The translations under genes and the position numbers were made by a program. The notes beneath the pieces were generated by a model, which worked only from the letters and a program-made list of their open reading frames with translations, was not told the DNA's origin and ran no database searches. Positions 1 through 8,202 of a stretch of 64,000 bases of DNA are shown here, piece after piece. Numbering within the stretch: position 1 is the first letter of the stretch; every line of letters starts with the position of its first letter. Source of the stretch: Candidatus Kapaibacterium sp. (GTDB taxonomy: Bacteria; Bacteroidota; Ignavibacteria; Kapaibacteriales; Kapaibacteriaceae); contig VEQR01000004.1 of assembly GCA_018883125.1 (NCBI GenBank), forward strand, positions 5,963-69,962, given 5' to 3'.

Positions 1-2
1 GG

Positions 3-212
3 GCCAGTTTCGGGCAGAGCTGGGGGGGACTTCAAACGTACTGGTCGGATGACAAGACCAATACCGCGTCAATGGTTATCGCTGAACATCCCCGGGAGGC
101 TGGCAAGCCCCGTACGGTAACCGTCACCCTGTACCTATTCCTGAACAAGGATAACTATTTCCGTCCGGCGAGGCAGGAGCAGATTTTAGGGACCTTTACC
201 CTCGTCCTATAG
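3..212 (+). CDS. 3' end of an unidentified CDS truncated by the window edge
   Basis: Frame 3 is open from base 3 to TAG at 210-212 (69 codons ending ..GKPRTVTVTLYLFLNKDNYFRPARQEQILGTFTLVL). The other two forward frames stop early. No family recognised. Confidence 0.35.
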   Translation, partial: ASFGQSWGGLQTYWSDDKTNTASMVIAEHPREAGKPRTVTVTLYLFLNKDNYFRPARQEQILGTFTLVL

Positions 213-341
213 GTCAGGGAATGCTGTAACGTTATTTTCTGTCCGGGTATCTTGATGGTGCTGCTGTTGCGGATCGTATCCGAGCAGCCCCCTTCCATTT
301 GTCAGTATTACGTTCAATTCACTCAATCAAGGAGAATCGCC

Positions 342-2948
342 ATGAAGTTCATCAACGCGATTCAACGGTTTGTTCTCGTGACGGTAGCGGTGCTCTCGAG
401 CGCGCTGTCGTTGACGGCACAAACACAATATCCATCGCCGACGGGTCTGACGGCAACCTATACGGCCTCTTCAAATGGGCTGTCCGGTTACGTCGTTCTC
501 TCATGGAACGGCATTGCGGATTACACGCCCCTTCCGGGCAAGTACTCTGTTCACCAGGCATCTGGCATCACGGAGGACATGTCAAAGTTTGCGATGATCG
601 GCACGGTGCTGCACAATGCCGGCAACCGGGAGAACCGGTATTCGTTCACGATCCAAACGATCAAATCCGGTACGTACACGTTTTATGTGCGTGGCCTGTG
701 GACAAATGGCGAAGGACCTCGTTCGGCGATTGTCACCCTCGAGGTAAAGACGCCGGATGCTCCGGTGATTCGCTTTGTTTCTGTGCCGGTAACGTCGGGT
801 TTTGTTGGCAAGGCATACGAGTATCAAACGAAGATTGAGACTTCTGCAACTGGCCCTGTGACGTACAAGCTCGTCTCGGGTCCGGACGGCATGACGATCA
901 CCGACGGCGGTAAGCTCGTGTGGAACGAACCACGTGTTGGACGCTATGAGATCGTCATAACGGCGTATGTGACAAAGGATGGCAAGACCTACGATGTGCG
1001 TCAGTCGTACGTACTCACCGTTACCGATGGTGCCGAACAGGTTCTGAAGTTCCTCACGGAACCGATCAAGTCCGGCACGGCAGGAATCCGCTATGCGTAT
1101 CAGGCCCGTGCTGGAGTCGTGAACGGCAACGTCATGCCTACATACTCGATTGTAGTTGCTCCGCAAGGCATGGTGATCGATGCCAAGACTGGACTTCTGA
1201 TGTGGGAGAACCCCGCAGTCGGCAAGTATGATGTTGTGATCGCGGCAAAAGCAACGATCAACGGTGTTGAGACCATCGTCAAGCAGAGCTTTGCGCTGGA
1301 GATCAAAGAAGGCAAGCCATCCGAAAAGGGCTGTGCTACGATCACCGGCGTTGTGACATTTGACGATCCGACCTCAACAGCAAAGCTCGAAGGTGTCGTC
1401 ACTGCATGGCGTCAGGAAGTAGTGAAGAAGGATAATGGCTCATCTTCATCGGTGTATCGCCCGATCTACAAGGGCGAGATCAATAACGGTGTCTACACCA
1501 TCAGCCTTCCTGAAGGAACGTACAAGCTCCGCATCGAAGGAAAGACGTTCTATTCCGAGTGGCACGCTGATGCGCTGGAGCTTGCCGATGCGAAGGATGT
1601 TGTTGTTGCCTGCAACACAACGGAAAAGGTTGACTTCAGCGTGAAGGTTCGTCCTGAGCCCGTGCTGGTTGTTGCTGAAGGACGCGTCTTTGACGCTGTC
1701 ACAAATGAGCCGGTCAAGGCCGTTGTTGTTTTCGAATGCCGCTCCAAAGAAGTTGGTAGCGTTGATGACCGTTATCGCGTGGTGAATGCTGAAACCCGCA
1801 CCGATGGTACCTACGAGATCAAGATCCAGGCCGGCGTGAATTACACGGCCATGGTCCGGGTGATTCCTACACGGGATAATGCTAACGCCCAGTATCTGGC
1901 AGAGTTCTGGAACAACACCAACGACGCTACGCAGGCCACGGTAATCAACGTTACTTCGAACATCAAGGACGTCAACTTCCCGATGGACAAGCGTCAGCCC
2001 CGAAACAATGGTTTCGGCGGAACGATGATGAATCACTATACCAGTGCGCCTGTTACGGGTAAGGTTGTAGCCTACCGCTTTGCAACGCGTGTTGGCGAAA
2101 AGGGTGATACGATTATGACCAAGGCCGGTGCATTTACCGTCGAAACAAACTCCAATGGCGGATATCTCTTTGCCGACATGGAGCCAGGTGAGTATATCGT
2201 GATGGGTATGCCATCGGGACGTCCGTTTATCCCCGGATGGATGGTGATGGGTCAAATGGCAGCCAAGGAATGGAAGGGGGCTCAACGGGTCAGTGTGGGC
2301 GATGTGATGCTGGCAGTCCAGTACGACATTCGTCTAGACACCGTCAAGGGAGAAAAGGGCAAGGGTCGTGTTCGCGGCTTTGTATTCGATAAGAGCGGCG
2401 GCATCGTAAAGAAGGATGGCGACAAGGTCGAGAGCAGCAACGGCGTTGTTGGTACGCTCGTGATCGCCCGTGACGAGAATGGAGACGTTGTCGACTTTGC
2501 AATGACCGAAAATGATGGAGCATTTGAACTCTCCGAAATGGCTATCGGCACGTCAACAATCGTTGCCGATCGCCTCGAGTTCGAGCCGACAACGCAGATG
2601 GTGACTCTTGATCCAACCACTACGGAACGCGTGATCTCGATAGGTCTGCAGACCAACAAGAGCACCACTGGTGTTGATGTTCCACTGAATGAGATCGGTG
2701 CGACATTGAACCTCTGGCCAAATCCAACGACGGGATCGGCATCGGTTCGCTTTGATGCAAAGGCCGGCGAGGTAATGGTCCGCATCGTGTCCACCACGGG
2801 CGCCGAGCTTGCCAGCATTGCAACGGTGGTTGCCGGTGGCGATGTTTCAATTGCGCTGCCAACAGCCGAGCTGCCAACAGGCATGGTTATGGTGCACGTG
2901 ACGAATGGTTCCAAAGCCTTCGCACTGCCACTAAACATCGTCCGGTAA
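342..2948 (+). CDS. Secreted multidomain surface protein (putative-Ig/cadherin-like repeats, CarboxypepD_reg-like beta-sandwiches) with T9SS C-terminal sorting domain
   Basis: ATG at 342 is preceded by AGGAG (330-334) and gives the signal peptide MKFINAIQRFVLVTVAVLSSALSLTAQ. Repeats of the type YEYQ..SGPDGMTI..GKLVWNEP.VGRYEIVI are present. The C-terminus LNLWPNPTTGSASVRF...VHVTNGSKAFALPLNIVR looks like a T9SS CTD. The 30 upstream codons of the track ORF (from 252) were rejected. Confidence 0.8.
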   Translation: MKFINAIQRFVLVTVAVLSSALSLTAQTQYPSPTGLTATYTASSNGLSGYVVLSWNGIADYTPLPGKYSVHQASGITEDMSKFAMIGTVLHNAGNRENRYSFTIQTIKSGTYTFYVRGLWTNGEGPRSAIVTLEVKTPDAPVIRFVSVPVTSGFVGKAYEYQTKIETSATGPVTYKLVSGPDGMTITDGGKLVWNEPRVGRYEIVITAYVTKDGKTYDVRQSYVLTVTDGAEQVLKFLTEPIKSGTAGIRYAYQARAGVVNGNVMPTYSIVVAPQGMVIDAKTGLLMWENPAVGKYDVVIAAKATINGVETIVKQSFALEIKEGKPSEKGCATITGVVTFDDPTSTAKLEGVVTAWRQEVVKKDNGSSSSVYRPIYKGEINNGVYTISLPEGTYKLRIEGKTFYSEWHADALELADAKDVVVACNTTEKVDFSVKVRPEPVLVVAEGRVFDAVTNEPVKAVVVFECRSKEVGSVDDRYRVVNAETRTDGTYEIKIQAGVNYTAMVRVIPTRDNANAQYLAEFWNNTNDATQATVINVTSNIKDVNFPMDKRQPRNNGFGGTMMNHYTSAPVTGKVVAYRFATRVGEKGDTIMTKAGAFTVETNSNGGYLFADMEPGEYIVMGMPSGRPFIPGWMVMGQMAAKEWKGAQRVSVGDVMLAVQYDIRLDTVKGEKGKGRVRGFVFDKSGGIVKKDGDKVESSNGVVGTLVIARDENGDVVDFAMTENDGAFELSEMAIGTSTIVADRLEFEPTTQMVTLDPTTTERVISIGLQTNKSTTGVDVPLNEIGATLNLWPNPTTGSASVRFDAKAGEVMVRIVSTTGAELASIATVVAGGDVSIALPTAELPTGMVMVHVTNGSKAFALPLNIVR

Positions 2949-2975
2949 GCTCCCCATCGTTAGACGAAAGAACAT

Positions 2976-3018
2976 GAAGGGTCGCGGCTTCACATGGCCG
3001 CGACCCTTCTTTCGTTTC
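2976..3018 (+). terminator. Rho-independent terminator
   Basis: 13-bp perfect stem GAAGGGTCGCGGC (2976-2988) / GCCGCGACCCTTC (2997-3009), followed by TTTCGTTTCG. Confidence 0.8.
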
Positions 3019-3038
3019 GATCGTTAGATTCGTGGTCT

Positions 3039-4994
3039 ATGTGCAAGCCCCTTACCATCGGCATCATCGCCATCGCATCGTTGCTGGCGTGTCATAGCGC
3101 CAACGCGCAGATCTCTCGTCCAACGCTCTACCGTCCACAACTCTTTGACGTGCAGCATTATGATGTGGACGTGAGGCTTCCTGACCCCGCAAAGCGCCTG
3201 ATAGAAGGAAAGGTTGAGACGCGTATTTCGTGGACTTCACGCGCTGAAAACGGCGAATACATGTTTCATCTCAGGGGGCTGAGTATCGACTCTGTTATTG
3301 TTGAGGGCAAGCCCCGTGAATGGAAGACGTACGGCGTACCCGCTGATGACACCATGCACCATCGCGTTGTTGTGCCGGGAATGCACGACTCCGGCTCTGT
3401 TTCCCGTGTGTCGATCTTCTATCGTGGTACGATGACCAATGAAGGTGGAAGCTCTCCGTGGGGCGGTGTGCAGTATGACGACAGCGTTCTCTATGCGCTC
3501 GGCGTGGGTTTTGCTAACGCATCGGTAGGGGCTACGCAGTACTGGATGCCATGTTACGATCACCCATCGGACAAGGTCACATTCACGGGACGCTTCACCG
3601 TGCCGGATTCATCGTGGCTTGTTGCCTCGAATGGGCTAGAATCGCCGATGGCACGCAATGTAAATGGCTCAGTGACCTACACCTGGAATGAACAACGTCC
3701 GATTGCGACGTACCTGCTAACCTTTGCCGCCGCTCGGTTCCGAACGTTCTCTCTTGCCGGACGTGTGCCGCACGTGTTCTACGTGTTGCGGCGAGACAGC
3801 GTGGTCAGTGCAAAGTCGTATCGTCTCGTACCACGGATGACGGATGTCTATTCCGCACTTTACGGGGCGTATCCATTCGATAAAGTTGGTTATTATAACT
3901 CATTGAAGGGTTCGATGGAGCACCAGGGCATGATTGCCTTAGCCCTTTCTGTTGCCAAGTCAGGTGATTCAGCGAATGTGACGGCGGCGCACGAACTGGC
4001 GCACCAGTGGTTTGGGGATTGTCTTTCGCCGCGGGACTTCCGTTACGCCTGGCTAACGGAGAGCTTTGCCACGTATAGTGAATGCTCGTGGCTTGAAGCG
4101 CTTCGTGGATGGGCTGCCTATCTGTCGGCAGTACAGTCAAAGGCCCGTTCGTACATCACGCAGATCTCCAAGAGCGAGGGCGTGTTTGCTCTGGAAGACT
4201 TCCCACGCGTTGCCCCTTCGTCGAACTACCCCGGTACGATCTATGCTAAGGGGGCTGTGGTACTCGCCATGGCGCGCGCACTTGCGGGCGATAGTGCGTT
4301 CTACAGTGCTTTGCGAAAGTACGTGGCCAAGCATTCGTATTCGACGGTCGTTACCGAGGACTTTCGCGCCGCAATGGCTCCAGCTCTTGGTGATCGAACA
4401 GACGCCTTCTTTGCAGAATGGATCACAGGAATAGGATGGCCAAAGCTCAATGTGGATCAGGTGAGCGAAAATGGCGTTGTCCAGGTGACGATCTCTCAGG
4501 TGCAGCGTCAGACCAATCCAACGTGGCCGATCTTCTCAACATTGCCTCTGAATGTACTCTACACGCGGTCTCGCGATGGGTCGGCAATCGTTGATACGAT
4601 TGATGCGGTCATGTATCCAGACAGCGACGGTATTGTGCGCTTCTCATGCCGACAGCTTCTTGGGGTGAATGCCGGCGGATTAGTACGCTCTCTTGTTGAG
4701 ATAGCGCGCACCACGAGTGTGAGCTCCGACAATACACTGCACGCGGTAACCTACACGCTTGCCCCGCAACCGGCTTCCGATGATGTGGTCATCCAACGAA
4801 GCGATGCATCAATGGCCGCGAAGGTGCAGATCGTCGATCTGCGAGGTGTTGTCCAAACTGAAATAGCTTTTGGTCAGGGGGCATCACAGCTCCCGGTGGG
4901 TCTGACGGACCTGCCTTCTGGGGCATATTGCGTTCTTATATCCTGGTCGGGTAGTCAGATCGCTTTGCCGATGCTGGTCACACGCGGAGAGTGA
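3039..4994 (+). CDS. M1-family zinc aminopeptidase with T9SS C-terminal domain
   Basis: HELAHQWFGD (HELAH = 3990-4004) plus a downstream E in WLTESFATY gives the HExxH-x18-E gluzincin signature. Signal peptide MCKPLTIGIIAIASLLACHSANAQ from ATG 3039. The track start at 2994 lies inside the upstream terminator stem. The C-terminal ~80 aa are T9SS-CTD-like. Confidence 0.85.
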   Translation: MCKPLTIGIIAIASLLACHSANAQISRPTLYRPQLFDVQHYDVDVRLPDPAKRLIEGKVETRISWTSRAENGEYMFHLRGLSIDSVIVEGKPREWKTYGVPADDTMHHRVVVPGMHDSGSVSRVSIFYRGTMTNEGGSSPWGGVQYDDSVLYALGVGFANASVGATQYWMPCYDHPSDKVTFTGRFTVPDSSWLVASNGLESPMARNVNGSVTYTWNEQRPIATYLLTFAAARFRTFSLAGRVPHVFYVLRRDSVVSAKSYRLVPRMTDVYSALYGAYPFDKVGYYNSLKGSMEHQGMIALALSVAKSGDSANVTAAHELAHQWFGDCLSPRDFRYAWLTESFATYSECSWLEALRGWAAYLSAVQSKARSYITQISKSEGVFALEDFPRVAPSSNYPGTIYAKGAVVLAMARALAGDSAFYSALRKYVAKHSYSTVVTEDFRAAMAPALGDRTDAFFAEWITGIGWPKLNVDQVSENGVVQVTISQVQRQTNPTWPIFSTLPLNVLYTRSRDGSAIVDTIDAVMYPDSDGIVRFSCRQLLGVNAGGLVRSLVEIARTTSVSSDNTLHAVTYTLAPQPASDDVVIQRSDASMAAKVQIVDLRGVVQTEIAFGQGASQLPVGLTDLPSGAYCVLISWSGSQIALPMLVTRGE

Positions 4995-6294
4995 TCCAGC
5001 GCGCAACTTCTTTCAGCGTTGGCTTCTTCCCGTAGGAGAGAATGCCAATGCGGTAGATCCGCGAGGCAAGCCACACAGCACCGAAGAACGCCCCAATACT
5101 GAGCGCCATACTCAGCATCATCTGCCATGCCGGTACATCGGTTGCCGCCACGCGCACCGTCATAAGGATGGGGGAGAAGAGCGGGATCATCGACATCAGC
5201 GTGGCAAAGGTGCTGTTTGGAGCGCTGATGATGTTGCCGATGAACATCATCGTCAGGATCACCGGCATCGTCACTGGTAGTGTGAGCGACTGCGCATCGG
5301 ATTCTTGATCGACAGCCGAACCAACGGCTGCGAAGAGTGAGGCGTAGAGGAAGTAGCCGGCAAAGAAGTTGAAGATGAACATCAGAATAGACGAGAGAGG
5401 AATCGCGGGAAGGATAAGCCCCTTGCTGGCAAGCAGTGCTGCTGTGTTCGTGGTTCCCTGCACCTGCATGGGTCCACCAGCTGCGGCCTGATTTGCCATA
5501 CTGTCGGCCAGCATCGGACCGAGGACAAAGCCCAAGCCAATGAAGGCCGCGATGCCGAGAAGTGCCCAAATGGCCAGCTGCGTTAGCCCCACAAGTCCGA
5601 TGCCCACAACCTTACCCATCATGATCTCGAAGGGACGCACCGATGATGCGATGACCTCCACAATGCGGTTGGCTTTTTCTTCCACAACGCCGCGCATCAC
5701 CATCGATCCGTAGAGGAAGATGAGCATGTAGATGAGAAAACCGGCGATGTAGCCGATGGCAGCGGACGCTTCCGAGGCGTCAGCTTCGACGCCTTTTTCG
5801 GTGACTTTGAGAGAGTTGATCGCCACGCCCTGTTCAACAATGTCGATGACCGACGTGTCCACACCCCGACGCGCCAACCGGGCGCGTGTGATCACCTGGT
5901 TAAAGTCGTCAGTAATGGAAGACTCGAAGCTGATCCCTGAGCCCCCTTGCGAATACATCACCAAACGCGAGCTGTCAAGAATATCCGCCGGAATGATGAT
6001 GTACGCCTGAATCTTTTCCGCTGAAAGCTCGTTGGCAAGCTGCGCTTCCGTGCGAGTGCCCGCCAGTTCGTATTTAGCCGTATCGGAGGCCATAATACGC
6101 GTTGCGAGTGAGTCGGTCTTATCGAGCAGCACCACCTTACCCTGACTGCCGTCGCCGGCCAGGGCGGCAGCGATTATGGGGATCGTCATTATGAGCACCA
6201 GACCCAAGGGGCCGAGTAGTGTTGAAACAATGAACCACTTGGCCTTGACGCGGGTCAGGTATTCGTGGGCAATGATGACGGAGATCTTGCTCAT
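4978..6294 (-). CDS. ABC-2 type (NatB-like) transporter permease
   Basis: One N-terminal TM helix, a large periplasmic loop, then 5 C-terminal TM helices; ABC-2 family appearance (..VVEEKANRIVEVIASSVRPFEIMMGKV..). No ATPase gene is adjacent. Confidence 0.7.
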   Translation of the reverse strand: MSKISVIIAHEYLTRVKAKWFIVSTLLGPLGLVLIMTIPIIAAALAGDGSQGKVVLLDKTDSLATRIMASDTAKYELAGTRTEAQLANELSAEKIQAYIIIPADILDSSRLVMYSQGGSGISFESSITDDFNQVITRARLARRGVDTSVIDIVEQGVAINSLKVTEKGVEADASEASAAIGYIAGFLIYMLIFLYGSMVMRGVVEEKANRIVEVIASSVRPFEIMMGKVVGIGLVGLTQLAIWALLGIAAFIGLGFVLGPMLADSMANQAAAGGPMQVQGTTNTAALLASKGLILPAIPLSSILMFIFNFFAGYFLYASLFAAVGSAVDQESDAQSLTLPVTMPVILTMMFIGNIISAPNSTFATLMSMIPLFSPILMTVRVAATDVPAWQMMLSMALSIGAFFGAVWLASRIYRIGILSYGKKPTLKEVARWITLRV

Positions 6295-6384
6295 GGAGGG
6301 TCTGTTCTGGGAATTCCTGTGAGAAAGTTACGGTTTGTTGCATCAAGTAACCGTATTAGCATGCGACCATTGGGTTCGCCGTGT

Positions 6385-6392
6385 TACTTTTG
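6385..6392 (+). promoter_or_regulatory. Candidate Bacteroidota-type -7 promoter box (TACTTTTG) for gltA
   Basis: Matches TAnnTTTG and lies 30 nt upstream of ATG 6422. No well-spaced -33 TTG was seen. Confidence 0.3.
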
Positions 6393-6421
6393 CACGCCAT
6401 ATTTTCCAGGAGTACACCACC

Positions 6422-7684
6422 ATGAGCATCCTTCACGAGAACCTTACGTCACAAGCAGAAGCCCTACGTGCAAAGCGCGCCACGTTGCTGAAAGAGCGTG
6501 GTGAAACCGTGCTTGGGAGTGTGACCATCGAACAGGTGCTCGGTGGCATGCGCGGTGTACCTGCTTTGGTCTGCGATACGTCAAGCGTATCGGCCGATGA
6601 AGGTCTGCGCATCCGCAACACACCAATCCTTGAGCTTACCGACATCACGCCGGAAGAAACGTTCTGGCTGCTGGTTACGGGTAAGCGCGCCACGGACGAC
6701 GAGCGCAAGGAGCTCAGCGCCATCTTCGCCAAGTACTACGCGGTTCCACAGTACGTTGTGGACACGCTCAAGGCCATGCCAAAGGATTCGCATCCGATGG
6801 CGATGCTCAGCGTAGGTCTTCTGGCGATGGAACGCGAAAGCGAATTCCGTGCTGCCTACGATAAGGGGGCAGGCAAGGATGTCCTGTGGCAATCAATGGT
6901 CAACGATGCCGTACGACTTGTGGGCTCCATCCCGGGTATCGCAGCCGCGATCTATCGTATTCGCTTTGACAAGGGCGATGTGATCGCACCTCTGACAGAT
7001 GATAATGACTTGTCGAACAACTTCGCCCACATGCTCGGCGTAAGTAACGATGCATCGTGGAAGGAACTGATCCGCCTGTATCTGGTGCTTCACTCGGACC
7101 ATGAAGGCGGCAACGTCAGCGCTATGACGTCGTACGTTGTCAGCTCGGCCCTGAGCGATCCGTTCTACAGTGTTTCAGCCGCCATGTGTGGTCTTGCAGG
7201 CCCCCTGCATGGACTTGCAAATCAGGAATGTCTGCGATTCATCATGGACGTGCGCGAGCAGTTTGGTGGCGTCCCAACGGATGAACAGCTGACAGAGTAC
7301 ACATGGAACCGCCTGCGCAACGGCCAGGTCATCCCGGGATATGGTCACGCGGTTCTGCGCGTTACAGACCCGCGATTCACGGCCTTCCACGACTTCGGCG
7401 TCAAGCATGGTCTTACGGACGAGAACGTCCAGATCGTTCACAAGATCTTCCGCCTCGTGCCTGGTATCCTCAAGGAGCACGGCAAGGCCAAGAACCCATG
7501 GCCAAACGTTGATGCAGGTTCCGGTTCGCTCCTTTACGCCTACGGCATGACCGAGTTCGATTTCTACACCGTGATGTTCGGTGTCAGCCGCGCAATCGGC
7601 CTCTGCTCGCAGATGGTCGTCAACCGCATGATGGCTTCTCCGATCGTTCGTCCAAAGTCGCTGACGCTGGACGAGCTGAGCTAA
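6422..7684 (+). CDS. gltA: Citrate synthase (eukaryote-like type)
   Basis: GYGHAVLRVTDPR and SDHEGGNVSA motifs. Start taken at MSILHENL (ATG 6422); the upstream extension was rejected. Confidence 0.9.
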   Translation: MSILHENLTSQAEALRAKRATLLKERGETVLGSVTIEQVLGGMRGVPALVCDTSSVSADEGLRIRNTPILELTDITPEETFWLLVTGKRATDDERKELSAIFAKYYAVPQYVVDTLKAMPKDSHPMAMLSVGLLAMERESEFRAAYDKGAGKDVLWQSMVNDAVRLVGSIPGIAAAIYRIRFDKGDVIAPLTDDNDLSNNFAHMLGVSNDASWKELIRLYLVLHSDHEGGNVSAMTSYVVSSALSDPFYSVSAAMCGLAGPLHGLANQECLRFIMDVREQFGGVPTDEQLTEYTWNRLRNGQVIPGYGHAVLRVTDPRFTAFHDFGVKHGLTDENVQIVHKIFRLVPGILKEHGKAKNPWPNVDAGSGSLLYAYGMTEFDFYTVMFGVSRAIGLCSQMVVNRMMASPIVRPKSLTLDELS

Positions 7685-7686
7685 GC

Positions 7687-7896
7687 GAAGACTGAAGACT
7701 GAAGACTGATGACTGATGACTGATGACTGATGACTGATGACTGAAGACTGAAGACTGATGACTGAAGACTGATGACTGATGACTGATGACTGATGACTGA
7801 TGACTGAAGACTGATGACTGAAGACTGATGACTGAAGACTGATGACTGAAGACTGAAGACTGATGACTGATGACTGATGACTGATGACTGATGACT
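7687..7896 (+). repeat. 30-unit perfect heptamer tandem array with two unit types, GAAGACT (11) and GATGACT (19)
   Basis: Read unit by unit. There are no indels and no substitution other than A/T at unit position 3. It starts 2 nt after the gltA stop codon. Confidence 0.97.
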
Positions 7897-7910
7897 GTCG
7901 TTGTGAATCG

Positions 7911-7980
7911 TAATCAGTAATTAGTCATCAGTAATCAGTCATCAGTCATCAGTAATCAGTAATCAGTAATCCGTAATCGT
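7911..7980 (-). repeat. About 10-unit heptamer array in inverted orientation (TCATCAG / TAATCAG)
   Basis: TCATCAG is the reverse complement phase of GATGACT. A 14-nt spacer separates it from the forward array. Confidence 0.9.
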
Positions 7981-8006
7981 CCGCCGGTTCCTGTGAAAAT
8001 GTAAAA

Positions 8007-8035
8007 AGCCCGTCACATTGACGGGCTTTCTATCT
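8007..8035 (+). terminator. Rho-independent terminator after gltA and its repeat arrays
   Basis: Stem AGCCCGTCA (8007-8015) / TGACGGGCT (8019-8027), followed by TTCTATCTTTG. Confidence 0.7.
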
Positions 8036-8060
8036 TTGTGCCCTACGGGGGCAAATGTCG

Positions 8061-8137
8061 TGGTGGACGCTACTAGATTCGAACTAGTGACCTTTACGAT
8101 GTCAACGTAACGCTCTAACCAACTGAGCTAAGCGTCC
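8061..8137 (-). tRNA. tRNA-Val(GAC): tRNA-Val (anticodon GAC), CCA encoded
   Basis: Manual cloverleaf: acceptor GGACGCT/AGCGTCC, D arm GCTC..GAGC, anticodon stem TTACG/CGTAA with loop TTGACAT, T arm ACTAG-TTCGAAT-CTAGT, then ACCA. Confidence 0.9.
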
Positions 8138-8202
8138 CAAAGGGGATGCGAAGTTAAAAAAATCTTCGAACATTCACTGGTCTCACACGAGAAAGGATTT
8201 GC

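Noticed and set aside
2994-3038. Track start codon 2994 for the aminopeptidase
   Set aside because: It lies within the 3' arm of the strong terminator hairpin of the upstream gene. The internal ATG at 3039 gives a proper signal peptide.
7687-7980. CRISPR array interpretation of the short tandem arrays (also 39803-40290)
   Set aside because: The units are 7-8 bp and directly abut each other with no spacers, and there are no cas genes. They are micro/minisatellite-type repeats.
8031-8038. Third TATCTTTG box, possibly a promoter near tRNA-Val
   Set aside because: It is on the plus strand downstream of the minus-strand tRNA-Val, and it coincides with the T-rich tail of the gltA terminator. It would have to drive a 165-nt leader antisense to the tRNA to reach hppA. 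It cannot be assigned from sequence alone.
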